20,163 nt of DNA from Octopus sinensis (taxonomy: Eukaryota): the NCBI RefSeq assembly GCF_006345805.1, contig NW_021824040.1, forward strand, positions 1 through 20,163. Direction: 5' to 3'. Shown piece by piece: positions 1 through 8,499 of this stretch. How positions within the stretch are numbered: position 1 is the first letter of the stretch; every line of letters begins with the position of its first letter. Both the position numbers and the translations under genes were made by a program. The notes below the pieces were generated by a model, which worked only from the letters and a program-made list of their open reading frames with translations, had not been told where the DNA came from and searched no databases.

Positions 1-278
1 AATCTTGTGAGTGGTTTTGGTAGACGGAAACTGAAATAACCCCCCCCCGTGTATATGTGTGTGTGTGTATCTTTGTATCTGCGTTTCCTCCACCACCCCA
101 CCACTTGACAGCCGATGTTGATGTATTTACGTCCCTGTAGCTTAGCAGTTCGACAAAAGATACTGATAGAATATGTACCAGGTTAAAAATAGTACTGGTG
201 TCGATTCATTCGACTAAAAGTTCCTCAGGGCGGTGCCCCAGCATGGTCGCAGTCTAAATGCCTGAAACAAGTAAAATA
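1..278 (+). mobile_element. SINE family A, 3' two-thirds (runs off the window start), diverged copy
   Basis: Colinear with 6135-6410: gtgagtgg..tttggtagacggaaactgaaa, internal (TG)n, cttgacagccgatg, cggtgccccagcatggtcgcagtc..aatgcctgaaacaagtaaaa tail. Confidence 0.85.
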
Positions 279-306
279 TAATATATATATATATATAGAT
301 ATATAT

Positions 307-756
307 ATAACAAAAGGGACATTAGCCATTTGAATGTGGCTAGGGACAGGGCAGGGCGGTGGGGGTGTTACTGTTGCATTTAGCCCCAGGCGAACATCAA
401 CGTCACCAGAAAGGCTTGACACCATCACGGCGTCCTCTATCCTGCAAAGGGAGATCATCCACCGAAGAAGCGGAAGCCACATACGACCAGGTTTTTCGAG
501 GTCCTTTGCCGCTCGTCAACGTATGGTAGGCATCGCCCTTCGATGAACGACTCTCCATGCAGGATATTTATATAAGATGTTCCGTAAAAACATTTACTGA
601 TTTCGAAATCTGTTCGACAGCAATAATAATTCTCTAAACGAGATATAGACAGTAACTGCTCCATAACAAAGGGACATTAGCCATTTGAATGTGGCTAGGG
701 ACAGGCAGTTATGGAGCAGTTACTGTCTATATCTCGTTTAGAGAATTATTATTGCT
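307..756 (-). mobile_element. Non-coding insert in (TA)n with terminal direct repeat and terminal inversion; candidate retrozyme-like or non-autonomous Penelope-type element
   Basis: Direct repeat 307-354 vs 663-708 (ataacaaa(a)gggacattagccatttgaatgtggctagggacagg(g)cag; period 356). Perfect 49-bp inverted repeat 619-667/708-756. (TA)n on both sides. Hammerhead-like motif on the minus strand at 480-525. The structure is seen directly; the class and strand are inferred. Confidence 0.55.
480..525 (-). ncRNA. Degenerate minimal type I hammerhead ribozyme-like motif
   Basis: Minus strand reads CAUAC-g-UUGACGA-GCGGCAAAGGACCUC-GAAA-aACCUGG-UC-GUAUG. Stem I CAUAC/GUAUG, near-CUGANGA core, GAAA, near-palindromic ACC(U)GGU stem III, GUC cleavage triplet. 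Core has C->U, extra bases and a weak stem II. Confidence 0.35.
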
Positions 757-777
757 ATATATATATTATAATATATA

Positions 778-808
<31 letters not shown>

Positions 809-880
809 TATATATATTTAACTGTGTGCTCGAGCGTGTATGTGTGAATGTATGTACATATGTATATGTGACAATATATA

Positions 881-1026
881 AATTTTTTTCTGTGTATCTT
901 TCTGTAGAAGAGCATAGGCTCGAAACGTAAAATACTTTTTCTATTCCTGAGCGCTATACTAATACATTTGTTTATTTGTACACCACCTGCCTTCGTCTTT
1001 TGTTTATTTTCGTAAACTTTCCCTTT
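881..1026 (+). mobile_element. Short T-rich repeat fragment between microsatellites carrying a hammerhead-like motif (Penelope pLTR-like remnant)
   Basis: 894-935: GUAUCUUU-CUGUAGA-a-GAGC(AUAG)GCUC-GAAA-CG-UA-AAAUAC. It has a 4-bp stem II, palindromic ACGU stem III and bulged stem I. Flanked by TA-rich repeats. Confidence 0.4.
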
Positions 1027-1049
1027 ATATATATATATATATATGTCAT

Positions 1050-1356
1050 GGAGGCGCAATCGCCCAGTGGTTAGGGCAGCGGACTCGCAGTCTTAGGATA
1101 GCGGTTTCAATTCCCAGACCGGGCGTTGTGTGTATTTATTGAGCGAAAACACCTGAATACTCCCCGATTTCAGGCAAGGGGTTGATGGCGATCCCTGTTA
1201 TACTCTTTCGACACAACTTTCTCTCACTCTTTCTTCTGTTGGCCTGCTCGCTTAGCCAGCGGGGTGGCGTCATTCGAAGGCTAAAACAATGAGAAGCGCA
1301 TTGTGACCAGTGAGTTGTAGCAACATCTGATGGTCTGGTCGGTCACGTGACGTGAC
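1050..1356 (+). mobile_element. tRNA-derived SINE family B, tail variant 1 (tRNA-Arg-like head; reminiscent of octopus OR-type SINEs)
   Basis: A-box-like tcgcccagtgg, B-box-like ggtttcaattcc, ggactcgc anticodon-arm-like segment. Head and body homologous to 11324-11490, different 3' tail. Confidence 0.8.
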
Positions 1357-1435
1357 CTATATCATATTACATTATATTTGACATTGTAGTTCTATTTATT
1401 CTTTTTAACTTTTTTATTTTATTGTTACTTTCTGT

Positions 1436-1483
<48 letters not shown>

Positions 1484-1491
1484 CAGGCAGG

Positions 1492-1551
<60 letters not shown>

Positions 1552-1555
1552 CAGG

Positions 1556-1604
<49 letters not shown>
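1436..1604. repeat. (AGAT)n tetranucleotide microsatellite with two AGAC/AGGT interruptions
   Basis: Direct reading. Confidence 0.97.
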
Positions 1605-1979
1605 GTGCACGCGTGTGTATGTGTTCAGACGACGTTGGATTTGTCCAGGTTGATGTATAAATTCGCACCTGTTTAAAATTTAATATAATCCACCAAAGAT
1701 GGTGGATTATGTGTTACGGTGTAATCCATGAATGCATCAATAAAATTCTATAAAAACAGCTGTCGTATACTTTAAACGTCATTTGTGTTCTCTTTTATAC
1801 CGACGCCACGCCAAGAACTAACCCGAGAGTCGGATCTAATGATTTAATTTGGATTTGGTACTTACATAATCTATAGCATCCTACCAACACTTGGTGTCTT
1901 CAGCGTTGTCCACCTAACTGTGAGCTCTTTGTTATTGTACTCAGACGTTTCTGGCGTCCTATTTAATGCTTAGCTTATA

Positions 1980-2043
1980 CAGCGTCGGGGACAAAAATAG
2001 CCAAGTTGAAGCGCACAAACTTCGGATATAGGACCGGGTCGAT
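1980..2043 (+). mobile_element. DNA-transposon-like terminus (TA|CAGCGTCGGGGACAAAAATAGC...), inverted homolog of 5787-5849
   Basis: Reverse complement aligns with 5787-5849 (atcga.ccggtcctatat..gaagtt...gctatttttgtccc.g.cgctg|tata). Confidence 0.55.
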
Positions 2044-2047
2044 CTTT

Positions 2048-2087
2048 TGCATGCATGTATGTATGTATGTATGTATGTATGTATGTA

Positions 2088-2141
<54 letters not shown>

Positions 2142-2212
2142 CATGTGTGTGTGGATATATATATGGATATGTGTGTATATATATATATGGATGGATGTGT
2201 GTGTGTGTATGG

Positions 2213-2250
<38 letters not shown>

Positions 2251-2332
2251 ATGATGGATGTGTGTGTATGTGTATGGATATGTTGTATATATAATATGGA
2301 TGGGTGTGTGTGTGTATGTATGTTGTATATAT

Positions 2333-2365
<33 letters not shown>
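2048..2365. repeat. Compound microsatellite (TATG)n/(TG)n/(TA)n
   Basis: Direct reading. Confidence 0.95.
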
Positions 2366-2375
2366 TACAAACAGT

Positions 2376-3345
2376 ATGATTCAAATTCATGGATACTCTC
2401 AAGAAGCGTACCCACCCACATAAGTCGGTCCTCTAATAGGGACGATGGCCTGACTATCTCAAGCCATAGGAACGGCCACAGCATGGACAGGTTCAGGAAG
2501 GACTTGAATGAAATATTCAAGGAGTTCGTCCTGTCCGTAACGGTTACCGCCAACCTGACTACGGTCGATTTCTTAGACGTAAATTTAAACCTGGATAAAG
2601 GCAAATATTACCCTACAGGAAGCCTAACGAGGAAACAGTATAAGAACACAAATCATTCCCCCGTTGTAATTAGAAATCTAATCTCTCGGCAAATAGAGAG
2701 ATCTTCAGCAGGGCTGCCCCCACTGCTTTGACTAGGAGCGGATTTACTGAGAAGCTCACGTATGTGGACAACGTCCAAACATCCTGTCCTCACCCCAAAA
2801 GGATTAGGAAAAGGAAAATTATATGATAAAACCCCATTTTAAAAACAGACGTTTCCACCAACACTTCCCCAGAGGCCACAAGTATTATAAACTCTTCAAT
2901 CCTCATGTCAAAATGAGCTACTCCTGCTTAGACAACATCATCCCAACCCCAACCTGCAACTCCCGAAACCCTGACAGGTGCCCTCTAGAAGGATCCTGCC
3001 TCTCAAGGGACGTAGTATACCCCATCCGATAGCATTACTAGGCACTATACGGATATGATAGCTAATACGGGTATGACAGCTAATTACTTCAAGAGAAGTT
3101 GCTCCCAGCATATGCACTCGTTCAGAAACAAGGACAGAAAAAAAAAACTGTACTTCCCTGTCTCTTTTTCTCTGGAGACTCCGTGACCTCCGAGACGAAA
3201 CACCCATCATCAAGTGGACTATTGTTGACGGAACACCACCATATTCACCCGGTGACCCCAACTGTCAGCTCTGCATATCCTCCAATAACCGGCAGTACCC
3301 ATCAATAAGAAATACGATTTATCTTATTGCTGTTGCCAGAGGTAT
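2376..3345 (+). mobile_element. Decayed, 5'-truncated Penelope-like retroelement: RT C-terminal/thumb region plus GIY-YIG endonuclease (pseudogenised; Naiad-like motifs)
   Basis: Translation across frameshifts: RDDGL (2438-2452)...MDRFRKDLNEIFKEF...VDFLDVNLNL..GKYYPYRKPN...NHSP; RKRKII**NP; HFPRGHKYYKLFN..VKMSYSCLDNI; CNSRNPDRCPLEGSCLSRDVVY; TGMTANYFKR; HMHSFRN; TSLSLFLWRLRD; IKWTIV...PY...NCQLC; NKKYDL..CC. Motif order matches PLE RT-linker-GIY-YIG proteins. Multiple stops, frameshifts and deletions. Confidence 0.9.
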
Positions 3346-3530
3346 GCCCTTCTGGAAAACCCTAACCTTAACCCTAATTTCAGGCCCCTGGCTGCCGACA
3401 ACTCGGATATATTACGCTGTATTGCCTACACCAACATCACCGCCACCAGCCAGCCCCATGAGCAGGACTGCTAATTACCAAGCCCAACACTTACCAACTC
3501 CGAACTCTTTCCAATTATGAACCCCAACAT

Positions 3531-3616
3531 TTGGCCAGGTACCACGCGGTAGGATTGAACCTGGAACCATGCAGTTTGGAAGCAAATTTCTTACCTCCAG
3601 GCCACGTTCTGCGCCT
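3531..3616 (-). mobile_element. SINE family A, 5' (tRNA-like head) fragment
   Basis: Matches the reverse complement of 6019-6102 (aggtaccacgc..ggattgaacctggaaccatg...cttacc...gccac..ctgcgcc). Confidence 0.75.
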
Positions 3617-3744
3617 ATATTATAGGCGGCGCTGTTTTGAAAGGATGTGGCGTATCCAGCGAGAAATGGCAATTTATAAATTAGTGATATTTTTTTTCCT
3701 TAAAAGAGCCAAGAGTCTGACTGTGATAAAAGAGAGTAAGAGAA

Positions 3745-3746
<2 letters not shown>

Positions 3747-3809
<63 letters not shown>
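3747..3809. repeat. (AG)n microsatellite
   Basis: Direct reading. Confidence 0.97.
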
Positions 3810-3817
<8 letters not shown>

Positions 3818-4126
3818 AAAAGAAGGAGAATGAGAAACAGAAAGAGAGAGAATGAGGGAGAGCGAGAAAGAAAACTACGTGGAATATTTGCGGTGCTAAG
3901 TCTGTGTGATATCAGTGAAAAAACAGCCAAGTCTATTGATGTGATTATAAAAGCCTAATTTTTCACTCGGTCGGATCAAAGACCCCCTATTGCTTCTAAT
4001 TTATGTTTAAATCTGGAAAGCAGAACTTCTCTCTCTTTCCCTTCTTTCTCTCTCTCTGCTCAACTTCCGGTCTAGTTTTCACTGCCTCAGAGACGCCGTG
4101 GTCTACTTTTCTTGGCAGCACGTAAT

Positions 4127-4182
4127 ATGTGTGCGTGTGTGTGTATGTAGTTAATGCTACTGCGTCTATATGTGTGGGTGTT

Positions 4183-4217
<35 letters not shown>

Positions 4218-4557
4218 TTATAAATATATATGTATGTATATGTATGTATGTATATGTATGTATGTATATGTATGTAAGTGTATGTAGGTACATGCATGTA
4301 TGTATGTATATGTATATGTGTATGCATGTATGTATGTATATGTATGTATGTATATGCATGTATGTGTATGTATATATAGGTATGTATGTATATATACGTG
4401 TATGTATGTACATGTATGTATGTATGTATGTATATGTATGTATGTATGTATGTATATGTATGCATGTATGTATATATGTATATGTATGTATGTATATGCA
4501 TATATATGTCTGTATATATGTATGTGTGCGTATATTATATATATATGCGTATATATC

Positions 4558-4588
<31 letters not shown>

Positions 4589-4676
4589 GTATGTATGTAT
4601 ATATATGGGTGTATATATATGTATGTATAAGTATATATGTGTGTGTATGTATCTATGTATAAATATGTGTATGTAT

Positions 4677-4729
<53 letters not shown>

Positions 4730-4826
4730 TGTGTGTGTATGTGTATATGTATATATTTGAATATGGTTTGTGTATGTGTATATGCATGTTTGCATGTGCA
4801 CGTATGCGTGTGTGCGTGCGTGTGTG
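4127..4826. repeat. Long degenerate compound microsatellite (TG/TA/TATG/TATATG/CA)
   Basis: Direct reading; explains the overlapping YI/HT/CV ORFs. Confidence 0.95.
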
Positions 4827-5168
4827 TCTTGTGTATGATGTCAGTATCAACCTGTTTGGTTATTCAACCAGAAACGGGTCCCCGTGGGGCGGGTTTAAGG
4901 AACCCACAAGCGAAACCTCCTCCTACCGCTGCTCACACTGCTCCACCTCCCCCAACCGCACACACGCACACACACACATACATACACATACACACACACC
5001 AAAGAACCACCATAGTGGGCAGTAAGTCGCTGGTTTTCTCATTACAGTTATTAAAAAAAAATTGAAGAGCAGCATGAAGGGAGAAAATTAGATGTAAAGA
5101 GGAGGGGTAGTCAGAGGTAGCCCGATGGTTACATGGTGTTGCTCTCCGCTAGAAATAGCAACCAAAAC

Positions 5169-5579
5169 GGATCTTTTCGGTTTGAACGGCAGTTTTTAAC
5201 ATAATTTCTAGGTAACTAAACACTTTTAAACTTCGTATACTGGTAGAATGTGTTTATAAAACATCTTTTTCTCTTGGCTTTATTGAGAAAATCCTATAGT
5301 TTGTAAGATATTTGTTGTTGTTTTTTTCAATTTCTGCAATTTCAACCAATCACTGACGTCTATTGAGGTAAAAAAAACATTCTGTGCCGTATGAATATGT
5401 CCCTCGTTTAAGAAACAGATTGGGTTTATTTACATTTGTGATGAAAAAAGATACCCTTTCCCCCACCCCTAACCCTAAAGCAGATTGAAATACAATAGAT
5501 CGATACTAGGGTCATAATTATGGGTGACAATTTCATATGACACCGCTAGAAAAAAGTGCCGTTCAAACCGAAAAGATCC
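5169..5579. mobile_element. 411-bp MITE with GG-starting TIRs and 8-bp TSD (Merlin-like non-autonomous DNA transposon)
   Basis: Perfect 23-bp TIR ggatcttttcggtttgaacggca (5169-5191)/tgccgttcaaaccgaaaagatcc (5557-5579), extending to 29 bp with one mismatch. TSD accaaaac at 5161-5168 and 5580-5587. Superfamily is inferred from GG termini plus the 8-bp TSD. Confidence 0.9.
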
Positions 5580-5786
5580 ACCAAAACTCTTTTATATCAC
5601 ACTAATTCGTCTTAAGAAGTAAACATCACGTTGGGTAATGCAAACTATGCATGGGGTGTGAAGACAAGATGGAATGCCTTTGATTAAGGGTACTATGTCG
5701 GCGCCGGATTTAAGCGTAAACAAAATGAGCTACTGCTTTTGATAGTATAAAAGACGTACTCCACCCCCACCCCAATGCCTCAGAAA

Positions 5787-5849
5787 ATCGACTCGGTCCT
5801 ATATGTGAAGTTGGGCCCTTCCTATAAGCTATTTTTGTCCCTGGCGCTG
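5787..5849 (-). mobile_element. DNA-transposon-like terminus (...GCTATTTTTGTCCCTGGCGCTG|TA), inverted homolog of 1980-2043
   Basis: Alignment by eye to 1980-2043; ends CTG followed by TATA. Confidence 0.55.
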
Positions 5850-5863
5850 TATATAAACAGCCA

Positions 5864-5958
5864 TGGCTGTGTGGTAAGAAGCAGCTGTCTTCTACTCTAG
5901 CCTCGGGCCAACCAAAGCCTTGTCAGTGGATTTGGTAAATGGAAACTGAAAGAAGCCT

Positions 5959-5962
<4 letters not shown>
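5864..5962 (+). mobile_element. SINE family A, internally deleted 5' fragment
   Basis: tggctgtgtggtaagaagc joined to tgtcttctact.tagcctcgggccaaccaaagccttgtcagtggatttggtaaatggaaactgaaagaagcct; homologous to 6028-6180. Confidence 0.8.
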
Positions 5963-5999
<37 letters not shown>

Positions 6000-6018
6000 T
6001 TATTATATATTATATATA

Positions 6019-6417
6019 GGCGCAGGAGTGGCTGTGTGGTAAGTAGCTTGCTAACAACCACATGGTTCCGGGTTCAGTCCCACTGCGTGGCATCTTGGGC
6101 AAGTGTCTTCTGCTATAGCCCCGGGCCGACCAATACTTGTGAGTGGATTTGGTTGACGGAAACTGAAAGAAGCCTGTCGTATATATGTATATATATGTAA
6201 TATTTGTATGTTGTGTGTGTGTTTGTCCCCCTAGCATTGCTTGACAACCGATGCTGGTGTATTTACGTCCCCGTCACTTAGCGGTTCGGCAAAAGAGACC
6301 GATAGAATAAGTACTGGGCTTACAAGGAATAAGTCCAGGGGTCAAGTTGCTCGACTAAAGGCAGTGCTCCAGCATGGCCGCAGTCAAATGACTGAAACAA
6401 GTAAAAAAGAGTAAAGA

Positions 6418-6420
<3 letters not shown>
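6019..6420 (+). mobile_element. tRNA-derived SINE family A, full-length copy
   Basis: A-box-like tggctgtgtggtaag, B-box-like gggttcagtccc, internal TA/TG microsatellite, A-rich tail gtaaaaaagagtaaagagta, flanked by (TA)n. Several further full and partial copies in the window. Confidence 0.92.
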
Positions 6421-6459
<39 letters not shown>

Positions 6460-6480
6460 GTAACTTATATATATATATAA

Positions 6481-6620
6481 CCGTAACTTCGCGGTTCGAC
6501 AAAAGAGGCCGATAGAATATGTACTCGGCTTACAAAGAATAAGTCCTGGGGGTCGATCTGCTCGACTAAAGGCGGTGCTCCAGCATGGCCGCCGCAGTCA
6601 AATGACTGAAACGAGTAAAA
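6481..6620 (+). mobile_element. SINE family A, 3' fragment (5'-truncated)
   Basis: Homologous to 6270-6408 (ccgt.actt.gcggttcg.caaaagag...cagtcaaatgactgaaac.agtaaaa). Confidence 0.88.
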
Positions 6621-6824
6621 CAGTTTCTCCAAATGTCTTTTCGCCTACCTTTCGTCTTCACCAGAACGAAAACCACCGAAAGTCACAAATACAGCCTCAA
6701 CTCTAATTCTCATTATTTTATTTCCAACATCCTCGGATTTTGACACATTATTTTAGACTATTTTTTCTTTCTCGTGCAAGTTTTGTACTTGGAAAGGATC
6801 GAGATGTTTGTCTCATTACAGAGA

Positions 6825-6944
6825 CTTCTTCTTCTTCTTCTTCTTCTTCTCCTTCTCCTTCTTCTTCTCCTTCTCCTTCTTCTTCTTCTTCTTCTTCTTC
6901 TTCTTCTTCTTCTTCTTCTTCTTCTTCTTCTTCTTCTTCTTCTT

Positions 6945-7017
<73 letters not shown>
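6825..7017. repeat. Compound trinucleotide repeat (CTT)n with CTC variants, then (ATT)n
   Basis: Direct reading; source of the poly-S/L/F/Y ORFs. Confidence 0.97.
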
Positions 7018-7023
<6 letters not shown>

Positions 7024-7585
7024 TGATTAGTTTTGTTTGTCCTGATGTGCCAGTGTTTGTTTTTTTATGTGTGTTTGTTTGTGTGAGTGTGTCTCCATGT
7101 TTGTACCTGTCTGTATGTCTGTCAGTATGTATGTCTGTATGTGTTTGCAAGACAAAACAAAAACAAAAATGGATCTCTTTATGTGTCTATTTACGTGTGT
7201 TTCCACATGTGTCTGTTTGTCTGAATGTATGTATGCATGTGTGTGTATGTATGTATGTGTGTGTGTGTGCGTGTGTGTGCGTGTGTGCGTGGAAGAAGTG
7301 AGATGAATAGATAAATAGGGAGGAGGGAGAGAGAGAGAGAGAGCGAAAGACACTGCGGAACAGAAAGATGAGGAGATAAGTACAGACAATAAAGAAACAG
7401 AGAGATGGAAGGAGAGAGAGAGAGAGGGAGAGAGACAGACAGACAGACAGAGAGACAGACAGAGAGACAGACAGATAAATGCAGAGAGACAGCTAGAAAG
7501 AAAAATAGGTAGAGAGAGAGAGAGAAAGAGAGGGAGAGCGGAGGGAGTGGCAGTGGCTGAGAGATGTCAAGAAACTGATGCAGTT

Positions 7586-7644
7586 AGAGAATGTGAGAGA
7601 GAGAGAAGGAGAGAGACAGACAGGTAGACATACAAATGCAGATG

Positions 7645-7677
<33 letters not shown>

Positions 7678-7973
7678 AGAGAGAGAGGGAAGGAAGGAGT
7701 GACTGACAGAGAAATAAATGGCGTTAGAGACAACGAGGGTTTCAGAGAATGTGAGAGAGAGAGAAGGAGAGAGACAGAGACAGACACGTAGACGTACAAA
7801 TGCAGATAGATAGATAGGTAGATAGAGAGAGAGAGAGAGGGTGGAGAGGAGGAGTGCCTGTGACAGAGAGATATAAAGAAATAAATGGAGTTAGAGACAG
7901 GGAGGGTTTCAGAGAATGTGAGAGAGAGAAGGAGAGAGACAGAGACAGACAGGTAGACATACAAATGCAGATG

Positions 7974-8022
<49 letters not shown>

Positions 8023-8176
8023 TAGGAATGGAAGGAGTGACTGTGGCAGAGAGATATAAAGAAATAAATAGCATTAGAGACAGGGATGGTTTCAGAGAAT
8101 GTTTGAGATAGTTTGTGGGAGATGGCTGCTATTTCTAGGATGTAGAGCATCTTCATGGAGGTTTCTCTGTTGGCTC

Positions 8177-8224
<48 letters not shown>

Positions 8225-8400
8225 GCCTTCTTTCTCTCATTCTCTCTCTTCCTTCACAGAGACAGACAGGTAGACATACAAATGCAGATGGATAGATAGA
8301 TTGATAGAGAGATAGATAGAGAGAGAGAGAGAGAGAGAGTGGGGATGGAAGGAGTGAGTGTGACAGAGAGATATAAAGAAACAAATGCAGTTAGAGAGAG
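7586..8400. repeat. Tandem ~160-185-bp composite repeat built from GA/GATA microsatellites, three full units plus an interrupted fourth
   Basis: Unit start agagaatgt at 7586, 7744, 7911, 8094. Shared aggtagacatacaaatgcagatggatag and gagatataaagaaataaatg. The fourth unit resumes near 8257 after a CT-rich interruption. Confidence 0.85.
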
Positions 8401-8427
8401 AAAGAGACTTAGAGAGAGAAAGAGTCT

Positions 8428-8428
<1 letters not shown>

Positions 8429-8495
<67 letters not shown>
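8429..8495. repeat. (AG)n microsatellite
   Basis: Direct reading. Confidence 0.95.

Positions 8496-8499
<4 letters not shown>

Noticed and set aside
2820-2830. In-frame TGA in the PLE as possible selenocysteine (reported for some Naiad PLEs)
   Set aside because: The TGA sits at a conserved Trp position, is followed by TAA, and the copy is heavily decayed; the recognisable Cys motifs use TGC/TGT.
4087-5065. Cluster of 100-200-aa ORFs rich in Y/I/H/T/C/V (also at 1959-2402, 9191-9991, 13133-14967)
   Set aside because: Dinucleotide and tetranucleotide microsatellite read-through.
6740-7301. Poly-Ser/Leu/Phe/Tyr ORFs
   Set aside because: (CTT)n(ATT)n repeat; no supporting exon context.
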